The translations under genes and the position numbers were made by a program. Below the pieces are notes generated by a model. The model searched no databases. It was not told where the DNA came from and saw nothing but the letters and a program-made list of their open reading frames with translations. From Eledone cirrhosa (lineage: Eukaryota), in NCBI GenBank assembly GCA_964016885.1, contig OZ024748.1, forward strand, positions 1,364,001 through 1,428,000: 64,000 nucleotides of DNA, read 5' to 3'. Each line of letters starts with the position of its first letter. Position 1 is the first letter of the stretch. This document shows, in pieces, positions 39,457 through 56,934 of this stretch.

Positions 39457-40095
39457 ATGTTGACACTGTGGAGGACTTTTGTCCTAAGCCGCCTGGACTA
39501 CTGCTCCCAGCTGTGGTCACCCCATAGTGTCAAACTAACCACGGAGCTTGAGGCAATCCAGCGAAGCTACACCAAGAGGATTGCCAAGATGAGGGAGACA
39601 AGCTACTGGAAGAAGCTGAAGGAACTGAACCTCTACTCCTTGGAGCGAAGACGGGAGAGATACGCAGTGATCTACATGTGGAAAATCCTGGAGGGACTAG
39701 CACCAAACTTTGGCATTGGGAGCTGGACCAACCGTCGAACAGGACGTCACTGTGTGGTGCCAAAGGTCCCGTCTTCCACATCTAGAATAAGGAGCAGGTA
39801 TTGCAATAGCCTGGGATTCAAGGGCCCTCAACTCTTCAACAGGCTGCCGAGGCATCTGCGAGACTTGCATGACATGGAGGTGGATGTCTTTAAGAAACAT
39901 CTCGACACCTTGTTATCCAGGATCCCGGATGAGCCCACAGCAAGACACGAGGGAAACCTAAGGGCAGCAGCAACAAACTCCATCCTACACCAGTGGCCAA
40001 CCTATACAGGCTGGAGATAAAATGTGTAGCAACAAGGGCGGTGCCCCAGCATGGCCTCAGCCGGATGGCTGAAACAGGTAAAAGAGTAAAAGAGT
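39457..40095 (+). mobile_element. CR1/L2-group LINE 3' end
   Basis: SRLDYCSQLWSP..LEAIQRSYTKRI..SYWKKLKELNLYSLERRRER; 3' end ggtgccccagcatggcctcagcc...(GTAAAAGA) also present as stubs at 4079-4124 and 14965-15008. Confidence 0.85.
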
Positions 40096-40501
40096 ATATA
40101 TATATATATAAAACTATATATATATATATATATATAAAACTATATATATATATATTTTCATCATCATCATTTCATTTTACGTCCGCTTCTTCCCTGCTTG
40201 CAAGGGTGGGACGGGAACTGATTCTGGCTTGATTTCTACAGATGGATGCCCTTCCTAACACCAACCTCATTTACAGTGAGTGGTGGGTGCTTTTTTGCCG
40301 TGGCACCTCCACGACCACTTTGCGGTGGAATGATATGGACCCCAGTCCCTATCATCTCATTTCTACAACTGAGTAAACTGGAGCAATGTGAAATAAAGTG
40401 TCTTGTTCAAGGAAACAACACATCACCAGGTCTGAGAATTGAACTCACAACCTTTCGATTGCAAGGCCAATGCTGTAACCACTAAGCCATGTGCCTCCAT
40501 G

Positions 40502-40655
<154 letters not shown>

Positions 40656-41580
40656 TATATATATATAAATATATATATATATAAATATATATATATATAT
40701 GCAAAAGTTCTATTTAAATTGCTGGGATACAACAAGCAAATATTTTTATAACTGATATAAAGCACTCAACAAATAATTGGAGTAAAAATACGATATTGAC
40801 AAATGGAAACTATATTTATAAAACCATATTTATTTCATTATACATATTTTAAGGACACCAAGTTAAATTATGGTGTGCTTTCATCAGATAAAATATAATA
40901 TAGAACAGTTTTATAAATAAATATTGACATACCCTTAAAGAATGCAACCATTACTGTGGGAAGCTGCAGAATAGTGGAGTTATATTTATACTTATAGTAT
41001 TAGGTAAGTTAGTATTGGATATTTTTAAATAAGCCGTTGGGTTATGGAGAAAGAGAAAGAGAGAGAGCAGAATAACAGAGAGAAAGAGAGAGAAAAAAGA
41101 GAGAGAGAGAGAGAGAGAGAGCATAACAACAGAGAGAGAAAAGAAATAGAAAAAAGAAAAAAGATATATTTATATATATATATATATTAGAACCCAGTCA
41201 TTGAAATGATCATAGTATAATAAACCTTTCAAGGATTTACACCAGTCCAGCCTCCTGTTAGTTCATTTATAATATATTATTTCACATTGCTCCAGTTTAC
41301 TCAGCTGTAGAAATGAGATGATAGGGACTGAGGTCCCTATCATTCCACTGCAAAGTGGTCGTGGAGGTGCCACGGCAAAAAAGCACCCAGCACTCACTGT
41401 AAATGAGGTTGGTGTTAGGAAGGGCATCCAGCTGTAGAAATCAAGCCAAAATCAGTTCCCCTCCCACCCTTGCAAGCAGGGAAAAGCGGACGTAAAATGA
41501 AATGATGAAATGATGAAAAATGATATATGAATGAAAGGTATAGAAAAACATTGTAGCAAAAAGCCAACAGTATTCCATAG

Positions 41581-44950
<3,370 letters not shown>

Positions 44951-44996
44951 GAAGTAACAGGAGGCTGGACTGGTGTAAATCCTTGAAAGGTTTATT

Positions 44997-45054
44997 ATAC
45001 TATGATCATTTCAATGACCGGGTTCCATATAAATCCGGTGATATCATCAGGTAT
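44997..45054 (-). ncRNA. Hammerhead motif in left arm of palindrome
   Basis: ATAC CTGATGA TATCACCGG...CCGGTCATT GAA ATGATCAT A GTAT. Confidence 0.78.
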
Positions 45055-45231
45055 TGGAATATGTAAAAAGCCATGGGTCCAAGAAACCAGAGATAGAGAA
45101 AGCGACTGACCAACTAGCTTCACAGCCAGCTGCCCTCAAAGTGGCTGTGAAGCTAGTTGGTCAGTCGCTTTCTCTGTCTCTGGTTTCTCGGACCCATGGT
45201 ATTTGGGACCCATGGCTTTTTACATATTCCA

Positions 45232-45289
45232 ATACCTGATGATATCACCGGATTCATATAGAACACGGTCATTGAAATGATCATAGTAT
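45232..45289 (+). ncRNA. Hammerhead motif in right arm of palindrome
   Basis: ATAC CTGATGA TATCACCG...CGGTCATT GAA ATGATCAT A GTAT. Confidence 0.78.
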
Positions 45290-45837
45290 AATAAACCTTT
45301 CAAGGATTTACACCAGTCCAGCCTCCTGTTACTTCATTTATAATTAACTCCGTATTCGCACCACCAACTACACAAACGAAGATGGGTGAACTGCACTGCG
45401 TCGAGTACTCTTCACAATATTACACCAGGATTGACCATACAGAATGACTAGTTCTATCCAGTGGTGAACCAACAAACCTATATATATATATATATAAATA
45501 TATATAAATATATATAGTATATAAGGGAGAGGATTAGGAGTGTGTGACACTCCACTTATCCAATAGGCAGTATAAGGTTAGCTCGATGTCTGAGGACAGA
45601 GCCCAACTGCGAGTGATAGCACCTCTTATTTTTCAATGCTTATTTTTCAATGTTTATTTTTTATTTCTTCAATGTTTATTTTTTACTTTTTACTATTCTT
45701 TATCCTACAATTTTATTTTCTACACTATCTCACTCTACTCACTCTACTCTTTAAACTCCTCCCAACTTATGGCATCCCCATATATATTCTTCTGTCTTGG
45801 CTTTGTTAATGCTTGTGTAATATGTACTCACTCTTTA

Positions 45838-45883
45838 TGCTCTGATGAGTCCCACTTATAGTGTGGACGAAACACTGTTAGCA
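45838..45883 (+). ncRNA. Minimal type I hammerhead ribozyme motif
   Basis: TGCT CTGATGA GTCC-CAC-TTATA-GTG-T-GGAC GAA ACACTGT T AGCA. Confidence 0.85.
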
Positions 45884-46125
45884 ATTAAAGATATACCTAT
45901 GTTCTAAGCGTTCTTTGTTGTTAATTATATAAATATATATATAAATAAATATATACATAAATATATAATATTAAGGATACTATTTATGGTTATGTATATA
46001 CTAAAACTTTTTATAGTTATGTATATTTTAAACCCTAAACAGTGAAGATCAGTAATGTATTACTACCTTATTACCAGTAAGATAAATAGCTCAATGTAAT
46101 AACATCAGTTGTTCTACAGAGCAGT

Positions 46126-46884
46126 TATATAGAATTCACAAGAATCGAAGCTATGTTCTAAGCATTTATTCACTTACAATTGATTCATCCAAACCTAGGC
46201 TTGGAGTATTCGGACCATTTTTCAATGTTTGTACACATAATTGACCTCCTTTCCAACGCAAGAGACATACAGATACATATATATATATTGATGTACAGTG
46301 GAGTGACATATATTATACTATATTATTTCTGTATAACAATTCAAATTCAAAATCAAAATCAAAATTAAAACAAAATTAAAATACATTCGGCAGTTAACAC
46401 AGATAATGCAAGAGTATAGTTTATTAGTCAGATGTAGTAGTTAGTGTATGCGTTAGTTACACGTGGGGCATGCAAGTGTGTCCCAATAATCATATATAAA
46501 TGGGACACACTTGCATGCCCCACGTGTAACTAACGCATACACTAACTACTACATCTGACTAACAAACTATCCTCTTGCATTATCTGTGTTAACTGCCGAA
46601 TGTATTTTAATTTTGTTTTAATTTTGTTTTAATTTTGTATTAATTTTAATTTTGATTTTGATTTTGAATTGCTATACAGAAATAATATAGTATAATATAT
46701 GTCACTCCACTGTACATCAATATATATATATATGTATCTGTATGTCTCTTGCGTTGGAAAGGAGGTCAATTATGTGTACAAACATTGAAAAATGGTCCGA
46801 ATACTCCAAGCCTAGGTTTGGATGAATCAATTGTAAGTGAATAAATGCTTAGAACATAGCTTTGATTCTTGTGAATTCTATATA
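46126..46884. repeat. Palindrome, ~360-380-bp arms, 15-nt loop
   Basis: ..GTGTGTCCCA ataatcatatataaa TGGGACACAC..; each arm has a degenerate relative of the 8904 HHR. Confidence 0.93.
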
Positions 46885-46903
46885 TAAATATATATATATA
46901 TAA

Positions 46904-46954
<51 letters not shown>

Positions 46955-47065
46955 TATAAATACCCATCTGCATTGTTGAGGCTTCCAAAACGACCTAAAG
47001 AAAATATATCTTATCATTCCACAATGCTTCAAGCAAACTTCAATACTCTCTTATATATATATAAA

Positions 47066-47453
47066 TATATATTGGTAAACGGAATAGAAAATGCTGACAA
47101 ATTGTTCACAGTTGAAAAATGGTTTAATTAGGAATAAAAGAGTATTAGTGATTGTATGGGTTAGTATTCAGTTGTGGTTTTAAGTTTTTACCGGTTGCGC
47201 ATTTCTATATGCTTTTCAAAAATAATTTTGAGATAGAGTGTTCGTGCTGTTTGCTCTGATCAGAGCAAACAGCACGAACACTCTATCTCAAAATTATTTT
47301 TGAAAAGCATATAGAAATGCGCAACCGGTAAAAACTTAAAACCACAACTGAATACTAACCCATACAATCACTAATACTCTTTTATTCCTAATTAAACCAT
47401 TTTTCAACTGTGAACAATTTGTCAGCATTTTCTATTCCGTTTACCAATATATA
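47066..47453. repeat. Palindrome, 194-bp arms, no loop
   Basis: Centre GCTCTGA|TCAGAGC at 47259/47260. Confidence 0.95.
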
Positions 47454-48244
47454 ATAACTTGTGTGTTACACCTCTATTCTTTTAACTATAAATATATATA
47501 TATATATTCAACCAATGACCTCCACCCATCCCACTCCCCACCCTCTCCTACCACCTGAAAAGATAAAAATACCAGAACATTTATTTTTGTCAGCCAGATT
47601 CCTGATGATTTCTAAAGAATGAAACAGTTCTAGTCCTGTAGAATCTCATCTATATTAAAACTTTTATACTCTGCTATGTATATATATATATATATATATT
47701 GAGATTTGATGAAATAAATCACTGCCAAGACTGTAGCGGTATGTGATGTATACAGAGCAAACAGCACGAACACTCTATCTCAAAATTATTTTTGAAAAGC
47801 ATATAGAAATGCGCAACCGGTAAAAACTTAAAACCACAACTGAATACTAACCCATACAATCACTAATACTCTTTTATTCCTAATTAAACCATTTTTCAAC
47901 TGTGAACAATTTGTCAGCATTTTCTATTCCGTTTACCAATATATAATAACTTGTGTGTTACACCTCTATTCTTTTAACTATAAATATATATATATATATT
48001 CAACCAATGACCTCCACCCATCCCACTCCCCACCCTCTCCTACCACCTGAAAAGATAAAAATACCAGAACATTTATTTTTGTCAGCCAGATTCCTGATGA
48101 TTTCTAAAGAATGAAACAGTTCTAGTCCTGTAGAATCTCATCTATATTAAAACTTTTATACTCTGCTATGTATATATATATATATATATATTGAGATTTG
48201 ATGAAATAAATCACTGCCAAGACTGTAGCGGTATGTGATGTATA
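47261..48244. repeat. 492-bp tandem duplication
   Basis: 47261-47752 repeated at 47753-48244. Confidence 0.92.
47596..47646 (+). ncRNA. Type I hammerhead motif (identical copy at 48088-48138)
   Basis: AGATTC CTGATGA T-TTC-TAAA-GAA-T GAA ACAG-TTCTAGTC-CTGT A GAATCT; degenerate relative at 54309-54410. Confidence 0.8.
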
Positions 48245-48250
48245 AAATCA

Positions 48251-48320
48251 TATATTTTGTCTGATGAGGACGTACTGAAAAACCAACACGGTTCCTTTGA
48301 AATATATATAATAAAGTATA
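48251..48320 (+). ncRNA. Hammerhead motif, imperfect stem II
   Basis: TATATTTTGT CTGATGA GGACGT...ACGGTTCCTTT GAA ATATATAT A ATAAAGTATA; 10-bp stem I. Confidence 0.68.
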
Positions 48321-48434
48321 TAGTAAATATGAAAATATATAGATATATATACCTACATACACACACACGCATATAATTATAAAATAAAGTATATATTTTG
48401 ATTATGAGAATATTTTTCATTTGTTAATATTTTG

Positions 48435-48501
<67 letters not shown>

Positions 48502-49028
48502 TTATCAAAAGTATACACACACATACACACAATGCCAATTATTGTTGAGTGGAATTTAGGTAATGTCAAGTGGAGGACAACCAAATGAAGTGTTGATTGA
48601 AGTGTAGCCAACTACTGAGTGAAGTGTAGCCAGCTACTGAATGTTGAGTGAAGTGTATCCAGCTGTTGAGTGGGGTGCAATAAGTGTTAGGGGTTATTTA
48701 AAGCTACTACCAATGAAATAACTACAGGTTTAATTCTTTTTCACAAATATTTGATCTTTTGATCTTTTCTGACCCTAACAAGACAATTGTTTCGTGTGCA
48801 TATATGTGTATGTATGTCTGTTTCTGTGTGTGTGTGTGTGCTTGTATCTCTGTATACATCTATGTCTATTTCTGTATATGTGTGCGTGTATTTGTATATC
48901 TGTTTTCTGTATGTGTGTGTGCATGTTTGGTTGCATGTGTGTGTGTGTGTTAATTATATGTCACAACTTTAAGTTTTTGCTTGGACACTCATTATGTATA
49001 ACAGGTAGTAGTGGTGGTAGTGGTGGTC

Positions 49029-49060
<32 letters not shown>

Positions 49061-49177
49061 GGTGGTAGTGATAGTAGTAGTGGTGGTGGTGGTGGTGGTG
49101 GTGGTGGTAGTAGTAGTGGTGGTAGTAGTGGCGGTGGTAGTAGTGGTGGTAGTGATAGTAGTAGTAGTAGTAGTAGT

Positions 49178-49275
<98 letters not shown>

Positions 49276-49284
49276 GGTAGTAGT

Positions 49285-49340
<56 letters not shown>

Positions 49341-49360
49341 GGTAGTAGTGGTAGTAGTAA

Positions 49361-49397
<37 letters not shown>

Positions 49398-51271
49398 GGT
49401 GGTAGCAGTAGTGGTGGTGGTAGTGGTGGTGGTGGTGGTAGTAGTGGTGTGGTAGTAGTGGTGGTGGTGGTAGTAGTGGTGGTGGTGGTGTGAGTAGGGA
49501 GAGAGAGAAGACAGGAAGAAAGAAAGTGTAAAGAGGAAGGAGAGAGAGTGAGGGAGAGAGAGAATTATCAATGGAATTAGGGTAGCATAGGTGATGTGAG
49601 TGGTCAATAGGTGGAGTAGATTGATGTCTGTCAACAATGGAGGGGGGAGGGGGATTCCATCTGATTGATTCAATCAATGAATTATATGTCAGGTGGAAGG
49701 AAGGGAGAGTGTGTGAATAGGAGAGAGTTATAGATATATATAGAATGAGTGAAATAAAGAAAGAGAGGGAGGGGGAGGACGGGGAAAAGAGAGAGAGGGA
49801 GGGATAAAGGGAGAGGGGGAGGAAGAGGAAGATGGAGAGAAGGGGAAAGAGGGGGAGCAAGTGGTAGGTGAATGGCAGTGACTAGTAAACAGAGACTGAG
49901 AGAAAGAAAGGCGGAGTAGGTGACAGAGAGAGTAAGATGGAGAGAGTGAGGGGGGGAGAGAGACTGAGAGAAAGAGAGAGAGCAAAGAAGAGAGGAGAGA
50001 GAGGGGAGAGGAAGGGAAAGAAAGAGAGAGAAGGGGAAGAGAGAAAGAAAGATATAGAAAGTGTGATTGAGAGAGAAGGGAGAAATTGTTGGTCCTTCTG
50101 TAAAATATGAGATAATTAATGTCATATATGTCTTTCACTTCAAAGATATTTAGAAATAGAAATAAATGAAATAAAATAAAATTAGATTTTAAAAAAATAA
50201 AAATAAAAATAAAAATAAAATAAATAAAATAAATAAAAAAATAAATAAAATAAATTAAATAAATAAAATAAAAATAAATAAAAATAAAATAAAAATTAAA
50301 AATAATAAAATTAAAATAAAATTAAAATAAAATAAAAATAAAAAAAAATAAATAATTAAAAAAATAATTAATAAATAAAACAAAATAAAAAAAAAACAAA
50401 AAAAAAACAATAAATAAAATAGAAATAAAACAAAATCTAATTTTATTCAGATCAAATGTTTTTTTGTATTTAATGTTTTATATGTTTTTTATCATCAATA
50501 AACTGCTGAATAAAAAAAAACCTACTACTATAGTAGATTGGCAGTATCGGTAGAGGGCCGGACGCCATGCTTGGCAACATAGAGTTACGGCCCTTTACGG
50601 TTATACATACACATACATACACATATATATACACAAACATAAATATATATATATATATACACACACACAAATATACTCACATATATACACTGATACACAC
50701 ACGCATATACATGTATATGATTTTTACATATTTATTTATAAATTACATGAATAAACTTAACTGAAGCACAAAATATCTTAATTATATGGTTAATAATCTA
50801 TTAATACACCAGCCATACATTATATTCAGACATGGTGTATCTAGGACTATAGTACTTAATGAGTTCTTCCTATTTTTTAAGACAGTAAGGGGTGTGATTG
50901 CTGGGACAGGATGGTGGTGAATCAAACAAGCAGATAATGATTACTTGGCAATCTAAATGTGTTTATAGTATGGAAGAATGATTAACTATTGTAAGGATAA
51001 GACTTATGGCTACGTAAAATAGGAAGTGTCCAGGAATGTTATAACTAGTAGCAATATGATGTTCAGCAGGGACTGGTTATATTTATATTTATATATGATA
51101 AAATAAAACAAGGACGAATGGTTACTCATTCATTACGTTTATTGGTTGGTGACGCGTGTTCCACTATTGATCAGCTCAAGGTTTGATCTGTATCGATCTA
51201 GCCCAACTCTGTAATCAATGGCTCATCGAACCTCTTTGGTGGTAATGACAGAATTATTATTTCTCATTCTT

Positions 51272-51307
51272 TCTTCTGATGAAGGACTAGTGCCCGAAAC
51301 GTTAAGA
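51272..51307 (+). ncRNA. Minimal PLE-type hammerhead motif
   Basis: TCTT CTGATGA AGGAC-TAGT-GCCC GAA ACGT T AAGA; 4-nt palindromic stem III. Confidence 0.8.
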
Positions 51308-51443
51308 CCCTCTTCCTGCTATATCAAGCGTTAACCTGATATATTCATGCAATATACTGTACCGATTATGTTATTTCTGTTTACCTTTTACATACATATA
51401 TATATGTATATATAATCAAAAGATGGTTAAAAGAGTTCCATGT

Positions 51444-51512
51444 ATTTTATTATGCACATTTCAAAATCAAATATCATCATGGGATGATAGTTGCGTTCTC
51501 ATCAGATAAAAT
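51444..51512 (-). ncRNA. Type I hammerhead motif (paralog of 6091)
   Basis: ATTTTAT CTGATGA GAACGCAACTATCATC...GATGATATTTGATTTT GAA ATGTGCAT A ATAAAAT. Confidence 0.72.
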
Positions 51513-52052
51513 AGGGAGACATGATATGAAGCTTAAAAAACACTTGCGAGCAACGAAGTGTTAAATCAACATATGAAAAATAAAATAAGATGGATATATG
51601 AGACTGGAAAAAAGGAAAGGAAGGGGGGAATGAAAAGGTAAGGAAGAGGAAGAAAGAATATAGATAGAAGAAAAAAAAATATTAATAAGGAAAGGATGAC
51701 TGAGGAGGAGAATAAGAAGGAAGGATGTGAGAGGAGGAGAAAATGAGTGAGAGAGAGAGATAACCTTTAATACTGAGAAACACTGTCTCACAGAGAAAAT
51801 AAAAAAAAACCCCGTTGTAAGATAATACATAATTAAAAAAATTAAGAAATTAAAAGTTAATGAGGTTTACGAATGGTGGTGCTTATGATTAAAGAAAAAG
51901 GAATTAAGAATACTATTTATTTAAGGTTTATATATTGAAGGGTTTAATAAGATGTGCGAAAAAGGAATTTATTAAAATGTATTATTAAAATAAAATATAT
52001 TAAGAAGATAAGGTTAAATGAATTATGAACTTAGAGGAATTAATTAGGGTCC

Positions 52053-52337
52053 AATCACAATTCCTCTTTTAAATACCAACTTAAAAGAACTAACACGGCA
52101 CTCTCAGAACTCATATGGTCCTTAAAGGACAAAAATATTAACTACAACATTTCTTGGAGGAAGGTTTGCAACACCTCTCCTTACCTTAATTCTTCCCTAT
52201 CCAGAACATGTAATCTCTGCCTAGCGGAGAAATTTACCATTATCTCTAATTTTAATTCTATAATAAATAGACCTACTGATTTTTTTTCGTTGTGCTTGCA
52301 TAAATCCCATAGAACTTTCCATAAAGTATACAGCTAA
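52053..52337 (+). mobile_element. Penelope-like GIY-YIG endonuclease C-terminal fragment (absent from ORF track)
   Basis: Manual translation NHNSSFKYQLKRTNTALSELIWSLKDKNINYNISWRKV...CNLCLAEKFTII...IINRPTDFFSLCLHK..*, same motif order as the 10395 ORF. Confidence 0.8.
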
Positions 52338-52450
52338 TATCTTACTAACTAATTAGTTTAAAATCTTCTTTTCTCAAACGCTTTTATATTTTTTACAAAT
52401 ATACCCATCTTTCTACCTTATTTCAGTATATTATGCAATATTACTCATAC

Positions 52451-54012
52451 TACCATCACCACCATCACTATCACCACCATCACCATCACTATCACCATCA
52501 CCACCATCACCATCACCACCATCACTATCAACACCATGACTATCAACACCATCACTATCAACACCATCACTATAAACACCATTATTATCACCACCATCAC
52601 CATCACCACCATCACCACCATCACCACCATCACCACCATCACTATCACCACCATCACCACCATCACCACCATCACTATCACCACCATCACCACCATCACC
52701 ACCATCACTATCACCACCATCACTATAAACACCATTACTATCACCACCATCACTATCACCACCATCACCACCATCACTATCACCACCATCACCACCATCA
52801 CTATCACCACCATCACCACCATCACTATAAACACCATCACTATCACCACCACCATCACCATCACTATCACCACCATAACTATCACCACCATCACTATCCC
52901 CACCACCACTATCAACACCACCATCACCACCATCACTAACACCACCATCACCACCACCACCATCACTATCACCACCATCACCATCACCACCATCACCACC
53001 ATCACTAACACCACCATCACCACCATCACCATCACTATCACCACCATCACCACCACCACCATCACCACCATCACCATCACCACCATCACCATCACCACCA
53101 CCACCATCACCACCATCACCATCACCATCACCACCATCACCATCACCATCACCACCATCACTAACACCACCATCACTAACACCACCATCACTAACACCAC
53201 CATCACCACCACCACCATCACTATCACCACCATCACCATCACCACCATCACTAACACCACCATCACTAACACCACCATCACCACCATCACTATCACCACC
53301 ATCACCATCACTATCACCACCATCACTATCACCACCATCACCACCATCACCATCACCACCATCACTATCACCACCATCACTAACACCACCATCACCATCA
53401 CCACCATCACCATCACCATCACTATCACCACCATCACCATCACTATCAACACCATCACTATCAACAACACCATCACTATCACCACCATCACTATCACCAC
53501 CATCACTATCACCACCATCACCACCATCACTATCACCACCATCACCACCATCACTATCACCACTAACACCACCATCACTATCACCACCATCACCACCATC
53601 ACTATCACCACCATCACCACCATCACTATCACCACTAACACCACTAACACCACCATCACTATCACCACCATCACCACCATCACTATCACCACTAACACCA
53701 CTAACACCACCATCACTATCACCACCATCACCACCATCACTATCACCACCATCACCACCATCACTATCACCACTAACACCACTAACACCACCATCACTAT
53801 CACCACCATCACCACCATCACTATCACCACTAACACCACTAACACCACCATCACTATCACCACCATCACCACCATCACTATCACCACCATCACCACCATC
53901 ACTATCACCACTAACACCACTAACACCACCATCACTATCACCACCATCACCACCATCACTATCACCACTAACACCACTAACACCACCATCACTATCACCA
54001 CCATCACCACTA
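52451..54012 (+). repeat. (CAC/CAT/ACT)n compound trinucleotide satellite
   Basis: Direct inspection. Confidence 0.95.
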
Positions 54013-54695
54013 TTGCCATCAACACAAACACCATCACCACACAGAAATATATGTAACCACAACAGCACACAGACTGAGTTTTACAGACACACACACACAC
54101 ACATGAACACATAGAGAGACACAGAGAGACATGAACACACACAAGTTTCTAGATTCTATAAATGGCTATCTTTCTCAATGAGATCAGTAGCTGGTATGTG
54201 TGTTAGAATTTACCTGGTGGAACAGGTAAATATATGGTATGTATATATTATGAGTAACACTAATAAAAAGACCTGACACATCTGCTATATATATATATAT
54301 ATATATATAATGACTTCTACAGGACTAGAACTGTTTCATTCATATGACACCACCAGAGATTTCTAATGATTCCATGTGAATAAAACAGTTCTACTCCTGT
54401 AGAAGTTATTTCTATATAAAATAAAAAATGCCTATACTTTACCAATATAATGAGTACCTTTTATAACTGTGGTATTTTCTCAATCCTCTTCAGGAGCCGA
54501 CCCTTAATAGTATATCATCATCATCAGTATCTAATTACTATTTTCCATGCTAGAAGGGGCCAAATGAGACCTCAAAGACCAAGTCAGTACTCAAGCAGGG
54601 CTACTGACCTCTTAGATTATTCAACATATATATATATATATATATATATAGCATTAGCGTACATCTGTACGCATATGTTAGTAGATATACTAAAT

Positions 54696-54732
<37 letters not shown>

Positions 54733-54900
54733 AGCTACGGAGTAGGCAGACCCAGAAAAACCTGAGACGATTTGATAAATTCCGACCTTACACACTTACA
54801 CCTCACCAAGACAATGTCACTGGACCAAGATCTTTGGCGCTATGCAGTAATACAGAAGACCCGCCTTGCCTAAGTACAAAGCGAAACCTACAGTCAGTAC
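54733..54900 (+). mobile_element. RTE LINE 3' fragment
   Basis: Nucleotide match to the ORF end of the family (agacccagaaaaacctg...gaagacccgcc). Confidence 0.75.
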
Positions 54901-55904
54901 CCCCTATTGAACCTGGGATACATATATAGTTGTTCGAAATTTTGGCAAATCGGACCGTTGGTCTTTCCAATTGCTAATACTCTCTATCAGTCACAACTCC
55001 AGGTAGAAGGAGCAACGTGAAATAAAGTGTCTTGCTCAAGGACATAAAGCATCATCTGGTCCATGAATCGACCTCACAACCTCACGATTACGAATCCAAT
55101 CCTCTTACCACTCAGCCACACACTTTCACACATATATATATATATGCATACACTCACAAATATATACTAAATTGTGTGTTAAGCTGCTGAAGAAAATGAT
55201 AAGTTTATATCTGTATATATACATGTATGTATATAGCTATGCTGAAGCTAAATTTTAATTCTACTTTTAAGTTGAGCCAACTTATACAGCTTATACACAA
55301 ATATATAGACCAGACTATATATACATCTTATACACAAATATATAGACCAGACTATATATACAGCTTACACACCAATATATAGACCAGACTATATATACAA
55401 CTTAAACATACACAAACAATCACACACACACACAAACACACAGAGTAACACATACACAAACACACACAGAGTACCATACAACCACACAAACACACACATT
55501 AACCCCCCCCCCCTCCCCAAACCCCCACACACACATACACACACCAGACAGTGGACTGTTTATCAAATATATATACAACCATGTAGAATCTATATTTATA
55601 TAATTATGAAATTTTATGGCTGCCCAAAAACATTGATATAGATGTAATAATAATATTTTCTTTCAGATGATAATGGTGTATGTGTTAACTGGAACCCAGA
55701 CATTGCTGTCAATCATCGTGGACTGTGGTGGTATGGCTAGTTGAAGAAGATGGTCAGGGTGGCATTGGTGTGTAGGAGGCAGAGGATATAGATGCTATCA
55801 CAGCTGTAGTTCTTTTTAAGATATCTTACTCCTACACCCCATACTCACCGGCTCTGTGTGTTCTAGGCTCAAATCCAACCAGTTGTGGCTTAATTGGACT
55901 GGGA

Positions 55905-56172
55905 GCCCCTAGTCCACCCTCTAAGGTAGTAACTGCTGGTGCCATCACAAAAAGCACCCAGTCCACCCTGTAAGGTGGTAGTGCTGGTACTACAACAAAA
56001 TGTGCCCAGTCCACCCTGTAAGGTGGTAGTGCTACAACAAAATGTGCCCAGTCCACCCTGTAAGGTGGTAGTGCTACAACAAAATGTGCCCAGTCCACCC
56101 TGTAAGGTGGTAGTGCTGGTGCTACAACAAAATGTGCCCAGTCCACCCTGTAAGGTGGTAGTGCTGGTGCCA
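55905..56172 (+). repeat. ~39-45-bp minisatellite (CCCAGTCCACCCTGTAAGGTGGTAGTGCT...)
   Basis: About 6 units. Confidence 0.9.
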
Positions 56173-56748
56173 CGCTAATAAAGCATTCAGATCATCCTCT
56201 CTTGTGGTAGGGCTGATTCCATATATATATATACACATATATATACACATATATACGTACATATACATATGTTTATTACTCTATCGATGTGTGTGTGTAT
56301 ATATATATATATATGAGTCCAACCTTTGCTACCAGGCAAAATGGACATTGATGATGATGATGATACATAACAAGCACACAGGTAGGTGTGTGTGTGTGGG
56401 GGGGGGGGGGGTGAGTGTGTGTGTGTGTGTACAAATCTGCAGAAATATAAGACAAGAGGTGAGACAAAGGAAAGAATTTCCCACCTGGTATGAGGACTGA
56501 CATAAAACAACAACTAAAACTACAACAACAATAGCAATAATAATAATAATAATAATTAACAAGTTATATCTAGTAAAAACAAAGACATCCTACTATCCCC
56601 ACCCCCATACAACCACTTACACCCACCCTGACACACTCACAAGGAGAGGCTGACACACACATACACACAGAAACAGTCATATACATACATACACACACCT
56701 ACCCATACATATTCACACACATACATACACACCTACCCATATATATAT

Positions 56749-56808
<60 letters not shown>

Positions 56809-56934
56809 TCTGATATCCAAGCTGCCATCCCTCCAACCTGGCTCACACCATCTCCAGGAAGCTGGAAGGTTTTTCTAGGGAGATTACCTGTCAGGAGATG
56901 TTGACATAAGACTTGACATCTGGGTTGTTGTTGT

